Assembly: GCF_000237865.1 (NCBI RefSeq)
Contig: NC_017459.1
Coordinates: forward strand, 1,980,001 to 2,012,000
Direction of reading: 5' to 3'
Source of the DNA: Haloquadratum walsbyi C23
Lineage (GTDB): Archaea; Halobacteriota; Halobacteria; Halobacteriales; Haloferacaceae
Length of the DNA stretch: 32,000 nt
Shown here: positions 1-8,982 of the stretch, piece by piece
Numbering within the stretch: position 1 is the stretch's first letter
Layout: each line of letters opens with the position of its first letter
Position numbers and translations under genes: made by a program
Notes under the pieces: model-generated
Database searches by the model: none
Seen by the model: the letters and a program-made list of their open reading frames with translations, nothing else
Told to the model about the DNA's origin: nothing

Positions 1-46
1 CACCGGGGAAATTCGAACATCAACTCGACGGAAGTCCTGAATATCT

Positions 47-1555
47 ATGTTGACAAAGGAATTGCTTGAGGTGACGAAACGAAAACCAAAGATAAATCCA
101 CGCTACCGAGACATTGATAAATATCAATCAGTTGCAACGCACGTTCTTGATGCGTATGAGTCAGGACAGACAAAAAAGCAGATTGATGAGACAATCGAGA
201 CATTAGAAACACATGATACGTTCAAATTGGTTCGTGGGTTATCAAAACTACTTGACCGGCGTGCTAAGTTTGAACAGCAGTTTCCAGTCGATCCATCAAA
301 ACTACGCAACGCTGTTTTTACTCATGGTTTTGTCACCACGACAGACCAACGAGAACAAGTGCTTGCCACTGTCGGAGATGAATTTGAATTAACGCCAAAT
401 GAAGTAGAAAGTAACCTGTGGGCTGACAGAGAGGACCATGCAGTTCTTCGATCCGAGCCTGAAATCACTCCATGTGAATTGCTTCGTCAGTATAATATAT
501 CCCTGACACAGACGCTGTTATTCGATGCCATTGAATTAAAATTCAGCGTGTCGGATAACTTCCAAGAAATCTTTCGGTTGATTTCATATCTTGGATTGAT
601 GTACACTGTTGATGAGGACTTAACAGTGACTGTCACTGGACCCACATCGCTAGTAAAGAAGACACGGAAATATGGAACAACGATGGCAAAGCTCATTCCT
701 CACATTATGAAGCCATCGGAATGGGATCTGACTGCGAAGATTGAAACAGATGTGAATGGTGACCCGCAGATATATGAGTTTAATCTTGATTCAACGAGTG
801 CGGATTATTTCCCAGCAAAGACGGTGAGCAATTCGTTCGATAGCGAGGTTGAGCGAGATTTCGCAACTCGGATTCGCACGTTGATCGATGGATGGACAAT
901 CAATCACGAACCTACCATTCTTCGAACTGAAGACCGGGTTATGATTCCGGATTTCAGCTTTGAGCGAGACACGACAGAATTTTATCTTGAAGTGGTTGGG
1001 TTTTGGACTCCCGAGTATCTTCGAGAAAAACGACGAAAAGTAAATTATGTGAAATCAGAACATCCGATTATACTTGCGGTTGATGAATCATTAAATTGCA
1101 CAAAGTCAGATTTTGATGAGGCGAACGTAGCAGACGTGTTCTTCTATACTGATCAGATCCCAGTGAAACCAGTAATGAAGCGACTGCACGCCATTGATGA
1201 ACGTAAAGCAAAAGACGATGTTGAATGGCTGTACGAACGCGAAATCAGTATAGCTCATGACGAAATTATTGATATCAACGCACTTGCCGGATCACACGAT
1301 GTTGAACCAGCAGCTGTTGAGATGTACTTGGACGATATATATGATGGAGTCATATCGAAGATGAAATTTATTCCGGACACAGCCCTCTCTGAGATTGAAG
1401 CTGAGATCGATGCATTAGACAATATGACACTTGCTGATGTGAATCCAATCTTAAAAAAATATGATGTGGGACAAGATATCCTTGAAGAAATGGGGTATAC
1501 AGTCAACTATATTTCACTCAACCAGAACGAAGCCAAGATAGTAAGATCAGAATAA
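47..1555 (+). CDS. bax1: Bax1-type nuclease (DUF790 family, partner of archaeal XPB helicase)
   Basis: 502-aa ORF with ATG at 47. The C-terminal half carries the DUF790 signature as I recall it: ...RVMIPDFSFERDTTEFYLEVVGFWTPEYLREKRRKV (PD-(D/E)xK-like core followed by GFWTPEYL). Confidence 0.7.
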   Translation: MLTKELLEVTKRKPKINPRYRDIDKYQSVATHVLDAYESGQTKKQIDETIETLETHDTFKLVRGLSKLLDRRAKFEQQFPVDPSKLRNAVFTHGFVTTTDQREQVLATVGDEFELTPNEVESNLWADREDHAVLRSEPEITPCELLRQYNISLTQTLLFDAIELKFSVSDNFQEIFRLISYLGLMYTVDEDLTVTVTGPTSLVKKTRKYGTTMAKLIPHIMKPSEWDLTAKIETDVNGDPQIYEFNLDSTSADYFPAKTVSNSFDSEVERDFATRIRTLIDGWTINHEPTILRTEDRVMIPDFSFERDTTEFYLEVVGFWTPEYLREKRRKVNYVKSEHPIILAVDESLNCTKSDFDEANVADVFFYTDQIPVKPVMKRLHAIDERKAKDDVEWLYEREISIAHDEIIDINALAGSHDVEPAAVEMYLDDIYDGVISKMKFIPDTALSEIEAEIDALDNMTLADVNPILKKYDVGQDILEEMGYTVNYISLNQNEAKIVRSE

Positions 1556-1557
1556 AT

Positions 1558-1580
1558 ATATCGATATCAATATCGATATC
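1558..1580. repeat. Two copies of ATATCGATATC at 12-nt spacing, each containing the perfect 10-bp palindrome ATATCGATAT
   Basis: Read directly: 1558-1568 and 1570-1580, 3 nt after the bax1 stop codon, in a convergent 3'/3' spacer. Confidence 0.9.
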
Positions 1581-1615
1581 GGTTATATATGATAATAATC
1601 AAGAATCATCTGGTT

Positions 1616-1660
1616 TCATTGACCTTCTTCTACCCCTGAAGGGGGTGGGCTTCCGCTCAC
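1616..1660 (-). other. Short relic resembling the 3' tail of an IS1341-type tnpB (hairpin plus AGAAGGTCA end)
   Basis: Minus strand reads GGAAGCCCACCCCCTTCAGGGGTAGAAGAAGGTCAATGA. The hairpin is ACCCC-TGAAG-GGGGT at 1632-1646. The layout matches the tails at 14348-14380 and 17507-17540. Confidence 0.3.
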
Positions 1661-1704
1661 TATGTGTCATTCAACTCAATTAAACCGTGTGTATAGGTAG
1701 CGTC

Positions 1705-2226
1705 TCAACTGAGATCCTCACGTCGCCCTTTAGGCACAGTTGATCGGAGTTCATCATGCAGATAGAGACCAACACCAATAGGCTCAGTCTTACCTGCAAT
1801 CTTATGTGCAACAATAAGATACCCCCAATCACCGTTCCACCGTGGAAGCGACTGATCAGTGCCATCAGCAAATCGAAGTGCTGCTTCATCTTCCAGTGTT
1901 AGGACGTTTTTGCTTGCATGAGTACCGAAACGCTGGACAGCATTTGTTGAGGGTTTCCAGTGTTCTTGACGAGTGCGAAGGATACGGAGACCGACTCCCT
2001 CAATTGGTAGTGGCGAGACATATTCTGCAGCAACAGCCCAGATCTTTCCATTCCCTTTTTCCCAGAATGTGTGATAATCCCATATCGTCGGTGAAATACC
2101 AAATCGACTATTCCACCACTGAATTATCTCCTCACGTGTGGGTCGTCCAGCGACAACACGATCTGTTGCGGTTGCTGGTAGGCGGTCGAATTGTTGTCCA
2201 TCGTTCGATGCTGTGCGGTCATTCAT
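1705..2226 (-). CDS. PUA-like RNA-binding domain protein resembling the C-terminal domain of RsmF/YebU-type methyltransferases
   Basis: 173-aa ORF whose ATG overlaps the stop of the upstream methyltransferase (ATGA at 2223-2226). The C-terminus ...GYLIVAHKIAGKTEPIGVGLYLHDELRSTVPKGRRE resembles the RsmF PUA-like tail (G-K-x-x-x-l-k-n-x-x-P-K-G-l-R) from memory. Confidence 0.5.
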   Translation of the reverse strand: MNDRTASNDGQQFDRLPATATDRVVAGRPTREEIIQWWNSRFGISPTIWDYHTFWEKGNGKIWAVAAEYVSPLPIEGVGLRILRTRQEHWKPSTNAVQRFGTHASKNVLTLEDEAALRFADGTDQSLPRWNGDWGYLIVAHKIAGKTEPIGVGLYLHDELRSTVPKGRREDLS

Positions 2227-3161
2227 GATGTCACCTCAAGTTTCGCACAAAAGAATCCACCTGTGTCATTATGATGAGGGTATACACGATGTGTTAATTC
2301 CATAGACGGATCATATGACTCATTATCCCACTGTGTTATACCGGAGATAGTTTTGAATCCAGCTGGTGGATTCCATTGAACAACGCGACATGACTCTGAT
2401 TCGAGAACGTGATTGACCACGCCTTCGTTCTCCTCAGGTGCGAATGTACACGTTGAATAAACAACAGTTCCACCGGGGCGTGTTGCTTGGACAGCACGGC
2501 GAAGAATATCCTTCTGAATAGCGACCACGCTCATGACATGCTCACGTGACCACTGCTCAAATGCGTCCGGATTTTTTCTGATTGTGCCTTCGCATGAACA
2601 TGGAGCATCAACAAGCGCATGATCAAATGCCTCAATTCGATTTGCTCTTTCTGTTCGCCCCCCAAATGGGTTGAATGAAAAATTACGTGCATCCTGATTC
2701 GTCACCACAAGATTTGTGACACCCAATCGTTCAGCATTATGTCGAAGTGCGGACAGTCGACCAAGATTATTATCATTACCAATAACAACACCTGTATCAT
2801 CCATTAATGCAGCAAGTTGTGTCGTTTTGCTTCCAGGCGCTGCACACGCGTCCCAGACGATTTCACCTGGATCTGGATCAACTGCAAGCGCAGGTAACAC
2901 AGATACTTCTTCTTGACCATGGAGCCATCCATGAAAGTACGGCCATGAGATACCAGGGCGATTTGTTTCAAGTTTGAACAGACCAGAGTGCCATCCAATC
3001 GGCTCATAATTAATATTTGCTTCGTTAAGTGCCTCCTGAGTGCGTCCAACAGATGATTTAATGGTATTAACTCGAACGACAGATGGAAGCGGGCGAGCGC
3101 AAGCATCCCGAAATGCTGTCACATCATCGATGAGCGTTGCATAGCGCTCAATTGGGTCCAT
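2223..3161 (-). CDS. NOL1/NOP2/Sun-family RNA cytosine-C5 methyltransferase (RsmB/RsmF/Trm4-like catalytic domain)
   Basis: 312 aa. SAM-binding motif VWDACAAPGSKTTQ, catalytic motif IV DAPCSCEGTIRKNPD and motif VI YSTCTFAPEENE are all present. Confidence 0.9.
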   Translation of the reverse strand: MDPIERYATLIDDVTAFRDACARPLPSVVRVNTIKSSVGRTQEALNEANINYEPIGWHSGLFKLETNRPGISWPYFHGWLHGQEEVSVLPALAVDPDPGEIVWDACAAPGSKTTQLAALMDDTGVVIGNDNNLGRLSALRHNAERLGVTNLVVTNQDARNFSFNPFGGRTERANRIEAFDHALVDAPCSCEGTIRKNPDAFEQWSREHVMSVVAIQKDILRRAVQATRPGGTVVYSTCTFAPEENEGVVNHVLESESCRVVQWNPPAGFKTISGITQWDNESYDPSMELTHRVYPHHNDTGGFFCAKLEVTS

Positions 3162-3320
3162 AATCAGATGTACTGATGCCCAAATTTGTCGGTATCGGTC
3201 TCGGTTCCAAATCAGATCTACAGATCTCGAGGCAGTTCACGTGTTGACCCAGAAGTGATTGAACCGATATTCGTTCGTGGTGACTGTTTGTTTTTTATGA
3301 TAATATGCAATATATCATGT

Positions 3321-4067
3321 ATGGCACAACTTGAGATACTAACAAATTCAACAGACATATCATTGACAGATCCATCATTGATCGAAGGATTTCCTGGCAT
3401 TGGGCTTGTCGGGAAAATTGCGGCTGATCATCTCGTTGCAGAGTTTGAAATGACGCACTACGCGGACGTTCATTGTGAAACAATCCCTGCAGTAGCAGTG
3501 TATCAGGAAGACGACCCTGCGCTTCGATCACCTGTTCGGTTGTACGTTGATGTTGATCGCGATCTTGCCGTGCTTCAAAGTGATGTCCCAATCAGCCCCG
3601 AGGCAGCAACGGAAGTCGCAACATGTTTGTCTGAATTTATTGATGAAACAGCCATGACACCAATATATCTTTCCGGCATTCCCAAAGAAAAAACTGAAAC
3701 AGTTCCATCGTTGTATGGCTTTGGTGTTAGTGAAGGGGTGAATCAAGTTCAAAAAGCAGATATTGCGTTACCAGATGAAACAGGACTGATCTCAGGTCCA
3801 ACCGGAGCACTGTTGAGCGATGCTGTGATGTCAGATCGAGATGCCATTGGCTTAGTCGTTGAGTCGGACCCACAGTTCCCTGATCCAGAGGCGGCACGGG
3901 TGCTCATTAATCGCGGGATTGAACCGCTCACTAGTATTGACGTGCCCGTCAATGATCTCGTTGATCGAACCGAACAAATCCGGGAAGCTAAAGAGCGCCT
4001 TGCGAAGCAAATGCAAGAGGGGGGTGAAGAGAGTACACAAGCTCGTCCGATTGGAATGTATCAGTAA
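3321..4067 (+). CDS. PAC2-family proteasome assembly chaperone-like protein (PbaA/PbaB type)
   Basis: The track ORF starts at TTG 3186. ATG 3321 (MAQLEILT...) is the more likely start. LIEGFPGIGLVGKIAADHLV is typical of the PAC2/COG1938 family. The extreme C-terminus is ...GMYQ, a hydrophobic-Tyr-X (HbYX) ending. Confidence 0.7.
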   Translation: MAQLEILTNSTDISLTDPSLIEGFPGIGLVGKIAADHLVAEFEMTHYADVHCETIPAVAVYQEDDPALRSPVRLYVDVDRDLAVLQSDVPISPEAATEVATCLSEFIDETAMTPIYLSGIPKEKTETVPSLYGFGVSEGVNQVQKADIALPDETGLISGPTGALLSDAVMSDRDAIGLVVESDPQFPDPEAARVLINRGIEPLTSIDVPVNDLVDRTEQIREAKERLAKQMQEGGEESTQARPIGMYQ

Positions 4068-4109
4068 GATAATATAATTAGCTGACCTATGGAATACTTG
4101 CTGTTCGCC

Positions 4110-4126
4110 GGTGATGAGGCATCACC
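4110..4126. promoter_or_regulatory. Perfect 7-bp-arm palindrome GGTGATG-agg-CATCACC just upstream of a TATA-like GTTTAAG (4137-4143) of grpE
   Basis: Read directly. The palindrome lies 42-58 nt upstream of the grpE ATG at 4168. The TATA-like element centres about 28 nt upstream, as expected for a leaderless haloarchaeal transcript. Confidence 0.3.
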
Positions 4127-4167
4127 AGTTCTATGTGTTTAAGAGTGGGCACACACTTCCACATCGT

Positions 4168-4971
4168 ATGAGTGATGAGTCAACTGAGAGCCACCAAACA
4201 GCCGAGCCGTCGCCGGATAGCGATATATCAGGTGATGAGGATGAGGATGAAAACGAACGTGAACATAACATGAACGAAGAAGAAAAGCATCAAACCAAGG
4301 ATACGCATGGCTCATCTGAGAATCCTGATGAAAATAATCAAGACGCGACCACTGAAGCATCAAGTCTTGCGGATCAAGTCGCTAAATATGATGAAGCGCT
4401 TGCTGTGGAGGTCAAATCACTAACAAATGAATATGATGAACAGCGTGAACGGATTGATGAACTTGAAGCAGCACTCAAGCGTTCGAAAGCAGACTTCGAG
4501 AATTATAAAAAACGAGCAAAAAAGCGCGAGCAGCAAATTCGTGAACGAGCCACGGAGGATTTTGTCGGACGAATCGTTGGCGTTCGCGATAATCTTGTGC
4601 GGGCACTTGAACAAGATTCAGACGCAGATATTCGCCCCGGAGTTGAGTCAACACTTGATGAATTTGATCGAGTGCTTGAAGATGAAAATGTAACATTAAT
4701 TAACCCAGAGCGTGGGGACAATGTTGATCCAGCGCAGCATGAGGTTCTCATGCGTGTCGATGCCGACTTACCTGAGGGAACAGTTGCTGAAGTGTTTCAA
4801 CAGGGATATCAGATGGCTGGGACAGTCATTCAAGAAGCACAAATAACAGTCAGCACAGGCGCGGATATAACCGAAAATAAAAATGAAAATGAAAATCCGG
4901 ATGCAAATGCAAACACCGATACTGACGCTATGAAAGAAGAAACAAACAGCCTCGAAAACGAATCAGAGTGA
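4168..4971 (+). CDS. grpE: Nucleotide exchange factor GrpE
   Basis: Core ...[50 protein letters not shown]...[11 protein letters not shown]... is GrpE-like and sits upstream of dnaK. The start is taken at ATG 4168 (MSDESTE...) rather than the track start 4111. The N- and C-terminal tails are acidic and low-complexity. Confidence 0.9.
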   Translation: MSDESTESHQTAEPSPDSDISGDEDEDENEREHNMNEEEKHQTKDTHGSSENPDENNQDATTEASSLADQVAKYDEALAVEVKSLTNEYDEQRERIDELEAALKRSKADFENYKKRAKKREQQIRERATEDFVGRIVGVRDNLVRALEQDSDADIRPGVESTLDEFDRVLEDENVTLINPERGDNVDPAQHEVLMRVDADLPEGTVAEVFQQGYQMAGTVIQEAQITVSTGADITENKNENENPDANANTDTDAMKEETNSLENESE

Positions 4972-5143
4972 TCAACAATATAACACTCTGGTTAGATATA
5001 CCTGTTCTGCGGTTCAATATAAAACCTCGCACCATGAGAGAGTTTCACATCTAAAATCGCATGACAGCGACGTCACGGTGGAGAGATGCTTGAGCGCTTG
5101 TCTAGTAACCTTTAACCGACTTAGACGAGTAAATGCGAATAAG

Positions 5144-7069
5144 ATGGCCAGCAACAAGATCCTTGGTATCGACCTCGGTACCACGAATAGTGCATTCGCG
5201 GTGATGGAGGGGGATGACCCAGAGATCATCGTCAACGCTGAGGGAGACCGCACAACACCTTCTGTCGTTGCGATGACCGACGACGAAGAGCGACTTGTAG
5301 GGAAGCCAGCAAAGAATCAGGTTATCCAGAACCCAGATCAGACAATTCGCTCAATTAAGCGACACATGGGTGAGGAGGACTATACCGTCGAACTTGGTGG
5401 CGAAGACTACACACCTGAGCAGGTCTCAGCAATGATTCTTCAGAAGATTAAACGCGATGCTGAGGAATATCTCGGTGATGAGATCGAAAAAGCGGTTATT
5501 ACAGTCCCTGCATATTTCAACGATCGACAGCGACAAGCGACGAAAGACGCAGGTGAAATTGCTGGATTTGAAGTTGATCGGATTGTCAATGAGCCGACCG
5601 CTGCATCAATGGCGTATGGACTTGATGATGAGTCAAACCAGACAATCCTTGTCTATGACCTTGGTGGAGGGACATTTGATGTGAGCGTTCTTGACCTTGG
5701 TGGTGGTGTATATGAGGTTGTTGCGACAAACGGTGATAACGACCTTGGGGGCGATGACTGGGATGACGCTGTCATCGACTGGCTCGCTGGTGAGTTTGAG
5801 GATAACCATGGGATTGACCTCCGAGATGACAGACAAGCGCTCCAGCGATTGAAAGATGCTGCTGAAGAGGCTAAGATTGAGCTCTCCTCGCGAAAAGAGA
5901 CGACGATTAACCTGCCATTCATTACGGCAACAGACTCAGGACCGGTGCATCTTGAGGAGACGCTCTCTCGAGCGAAGTTTGAGTCGCTGACAGAGGATCT
6001 TATTGAGCGAACGGTTGGACCGACTGAACAAGCGCTGGAAGATGCAGGATACGATGACAGCGATATTGATGAAGTGATTCTTGTTGGTGGGTCAACACGA
6101 ATGCCACAAGTTCGTGAAAAGGTCGAGGATCTTCTTGATACTGAGCCAAAGAAGAATGTCAACCCAGACGAAGCGGTTGCGCTTGGTGCTGCGATTCAGG
6201 GTGGCGTTCTCGCTGGTGATGTTGATGATATTGTCCTTCTCGACGTGACTCCGCTAAGTCTTGGAATCGAGGTGAAGGGTGGATTGTTTGAGCGTCTAAT
6301 TGATAAGAATACAACAATCCCGACCGAGGAGTCAAAGGTATTCACAACAGCAGCAGCCAATCAGACTTCAGTAAATGTTCGAGTGTTCCAGGGTGAACGT
6401 GAAATCGCTGAAGAGAATGAGTTGCTCGGTGAATTCCAACTCGCTGGCATCCCACCAGCGCCTGCGGGAACACCACAGATTGAGGTGACATTCAATATCG
6501 ACGAAAACGGGATTGTCAACGTCGAAGCCGAAGATCAGGGGTCTGGCAACGCCGAGTCGATCACTATTGAAGGTGGTGCTGGTCTCTCTGATGAAGAGAT
6601 CGAGCAGATGCAAGAAGAAGCCGAAGCACATGCTGAAGAAGACGAGCGACGACGTGAGCGTATTGAAGCTCGAAACTCTGCTGAAAGTGCTGTCCAGCGA
6701 GCAGAAACTCTTCTTGAGGAGAATGAAGAGGATATTGATGACGATCTCAAAGAGTCGATTGAAGATGAGGTCGAGTCCGTTGAGGCTGTCCTTGAAGATG
6801 AAGATGCGACAAAAGAAGAAATTGAGGACGTAACAGAGTCGCTATCATCAGAACTACAAGAGATCGGAAAGCAGATGTATGACGCACAACAGGCTGCTGC
6901 TGGCGCAGGTGCCGGCGCAGCAGGTGCTGGTGCCGGTGCGGGTCCAGGTGGCATGGGTGATATGGGTGATATGGGTGACATGGGCGGTGCTGCTGGCTCA
7001 GGTGATGCTGATAATGAGTATGTTGATGCGGACTTCGAGGATGTTGATGATGACACAAAAGACGAATGA
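5144..7069 (+). CDS. dnaK: Hsp70 chaperone DnaK
   Basis: [20 protein letters not shown]..., [23 protein letters not shown] and a GMGD-repeat C-terminal tail. The start is taken at ATG 5144, not the track start 5078. Confidence 0.97.
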   Translation: MASNKILGIDLGTTNSAFAVMEGDDPEIIVNAEGDRTTPSVVAMTDDEERLVGKPAKNQVIQNPDQTIRSIKRHMGEEDYTVELGGEDYTPEQVSAMILQKIKRDAEEYLGDEIEKAVITVPAYFNDRQRQATKDAGEIAGFEVDRIVNEPTAASMAYGLDDESNQTILVYDLGGGTFDVSVLDLGGGVYEVVATNGDNDLGGDDWDDAVIDWLAGEFEDNHGIDLRDDRQALQRLKDAAEEAKIELSSRKETTINLPFITATDSGPVHLEETLSRAKFESLTEDLIERTVGPTEQALEDAGYDDSDIDEVILVGGSTRMPQVREKVEDLLDTEPKKNVNPDEAVALGAAIQGGVLAGDVDDIVLLDVTPLSLGIEVKGGLFERLIDKNTTIPTEESKVFTTAAANQTSVNVRVFQGEREIAEENELLGEFQLAGIPPAPAGTPQIEVTFNIDENGIVNVEAEDQGSGNAESITIEGGAGLSDEEIEQMQEEAEAHAEEDERRRERIEARNSAESAVQRAETLLEENEEDIDDDLKESIEDEVESVEAVLEDEDATKEEIEDVTESLSSELQEIGKQMYDAQQAAAGAGAGAAGAGAGAGPGGMGDMGDMGDMGGAAGSGDADNEYVDADFEDVDDDTKDE

Positions 7070-7372
7070 TATCGTCGGACATCGTCGACCGGTGCAGCTG
7101 CGATTCCGAATCTGAAATCTGATTACATATTTTATTTTATTTCTTAGTTACTCAGAACTGGATGGCTGCTGTCGCTGGTGAACCGCTTGGGCATCACGCC
7201 CATCGCATTCACCTTCGAGTTTTTTGTGACATATATCAAATAACATATTATTAACAAACCCGAACACAAGTACGTGAAATATAGTTACCATTAACACCCA
7301 AGCAATGTCTGTTGATGGTTGATTATGGAAAATTGAGGAGAAAGCCTCAATCTTCAGGCTTGTCTCTTGCCC

Positions 7373-7640
7373 ATAAGTCCACAGCATCCCACCGTGGCGT
7401 TTGAGCCGCTGTCGAGGAGGATCTGAGACAAATCCTGGCAGACTGAGACATCGACCGGGATTGCCGATCAGGTCACAGGTGCTGCTCAAACCGGGGCAAC
7501 TTGTCGTCGGCATACCCGGTTGCTCGAAATAAGACTCCCAACTCCCGACGATGAAAGCAATTTTTACTGCTTCGCCCCGTCCATCTCGCCGGGACGAGTT
7601 ATGTCTAAAAGACAGAGTTTCAGGGTGGGGAGGATGTCAT
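7373..7640 (+). pseudogene. 3'-terminal fragment of an IS1341/IS605-type tnpB (about 90 codons, one in-frame stop) in the dnaK-dnaJ spacer
   Basis: A single frame reads ISPQHPTVAFEPLSRRI*DKSWQTETSTGIADQVTGAAQTGATCRRHTRLLEIRLPTPDDESNF...KRQSFRVGRMS, with the TGA at 7424-7426. ADQVTGAAQTG resembles a decayed ADxNAAxNI motif. The fragment ends in CAGGGTGGGGAGGATGTCA (7621-7639), shared with the other tails. Confidence 0.4.
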
Positions 7641-7688
7641 TGACCCGGTTCGTTGAAGTATCTCAACCAATTATTGATATCACAACGA

Positions 7689-8852
7689 ATGAGCGAGGAC
7701 TTCTATGATGTCCTCGGCGTGAGTCGGAACGCCGATGGGGACGACATCAAGCAGGCGTACCGGAAAAAAGCAGCAAAGTACCATCCGGACGTTTCTGACG
7801 ATCCGAACGCCGAAGAGAAATTTAAGAAGATCAAAAAGGCAAAAGAGGTCCTCACAGATGGTGAGAAACGTCAGATGTATGACCAACTTGGTCATGACCG
7901 GTTTCAACAAGCAGAAAAGCGCGGTGGTGTTGGTGGCGGTGGCAACAGCAGCGGTGGCAGTGCACGTGGTGACCCATTTGGTGGTATGGGAGGACAGGGA
8001 AGTCCATTTGGCGACATTTTTGAGCAGTTCTTTGGCGGCGGACAGGGTCAACGTCGACAGGGAAATCGACCACGTCAGGGGCAGAATCTTCAGACACGCG
8101 TTCAATTAGATCTTGAGGAAGTTTATACTGGAGTTGAAAAGCAATTCACTGTAAGGCGACCGGAAAAATGCCCGGACTGTAATGGACGTGGACACCCAAG
8201 CGATGCTGATGTTCGAACCTGTCCACAGTGTAATGGACAAGGACAGACAACGACCGTTCGTGAAACGGCACTTGGTCGTGTCCAGCAGACACAGACATGT
8301 CCACGGTGTGACGGAAGCGGTGAAATGTACACGCAAACATGTTCGACATGTAATGGTGATGGTGTAACGCGGCAGGAAGCAACGCTTTCAGTTGACATCC
8401 CAGCGGGGATACGTGATGGACAGACATTACGAATGGAGCGTGAGGGAGCGCCAGGAGATAACGGAGGTCCGCGGGGTGATTTACTGATTGATGTGAGTGT
8501 ACGTGATCATCCTGACTTCGAACGTGATGGAGACGACTTATATTATCGCTTGGCAATTTCCTTCCCGCAGGCTGTTTTTGGATCAACGGTTGAAGTGCCG
8601 ACAGTCAATGGAGAGACGACACTTGATATCTCTGCAGGGACACAAAGTGGTGAGGAATTCCGTATTCGAAACGAGGGAATTCCGCATCTCCGCGGACGAG
8701 GGACAGGCGATTTGTATGTGCAAGTGCAGATTGTGACGCCTGAGAATTTGAGTCAAAAACAGCGAGAGGCACTTGAGGCATTCGCTGAGGCTGGCGGGGA
8801 AAGTGTAGACGTCTCACAGGGATTCTTTGAGAAGATCAAAAGTTCATTCTAA
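7689..8852 (+). CDS. dnaJ: Hsp40 co-chaperone DnaJ
   Basis: J-domain (DFYDVLGV...YHPD), G/F-rich linker, and four CxxCxGxG zinc-finger repeats (CPDCNGRG, CPQCNGQG, CPRCDGSG, CSTCNGDG). The start is taken at ATG 7689. Confidence 0.95.
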   Translation: MSEDFYDVLGVSRNADGDDIKQAYRKKAAKYHPDVSDDPNAEEKFKKIKKAKEVLTDGEKRQMYDQLGHDRFQQAEKRGGVGGGGNSSGGSARGDPFGGMGGQGSPFGDIFEQFFGGGQGQRRQGNRPRQGQNLQTRVQLDLEEVYTGVEKQFTVRRPEKCPDCNGRGHPSDADVRTCPQCNGQGQTTTVRETALGRVQQTQTCPRCDGSGEMYTQTCSTCNGDGVTRQEATLSVDIPAGIRDGQTLRMEREGAPGDNGGPRGDLLIDVSVRDHPDFERDGDDLYYRLAISFPQAVFGSTVEVPTVNGETTLDISAGTQSGEEFRIRNEGIPHLRGRGTGDLYVQVQIVTPENLSQKQREALEAFAEAGGESVDVSQGFFEKIKSSF

Positions 8853-8982
8853 GTTAGATTAATTAATATCGCTCTGATTCCCTTTCGTTAAAAATAGCTA
8901 TCATCTGATATACTGACGAGAGTATAATACATCCAAACCATTCACCAATGAGATTTTATTTGCTTAGAATGAGTGGGCAATA

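Noticed and set aside
1-69. Possible 3' end of an upstream gene (an XPB-like helicase would be expected before bax1)
   Set aside because: All three forward frames are open for 13-22 codons and none can be identified from so little sequence.
3186-3320. N-terminal extensions offered by the ORF track (3186 for PAC2, 4111 for grpE, 5078 for dnaK, 7653 for dnaJ, 21942 for gyrA, 24542 for gyrB)
   Set aside because: The extensions are non-acidic and unlike the orthologous N-termini. Internal ATGs reproduce the canonical N-termini ([33 protein letters not shown], and so on).
5653-7082. Long antisense ORFs inside dnaK (5653-6162, 6535-7056 and 6747-7082, all minus strand)
   Set aside because: They lie entirely within a confidently identified dnaK frame. 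Their Ser/Arg/Pro-rich composition is typical of shadow frames of acidic haloarchaeal genes.
7148-7513. 121-aa minus-strand ORF in the dnaK-dnaJ spacer
   Set aside because: Its 5' half is antisense to the tnpB fragment. The composition is Cys/Pro/Gly/Arg-rich with few acidic residues, and I recognise no family. It is kept only as a remote possibility, perhaps a short product from Met43 with one hydrophobic helix.
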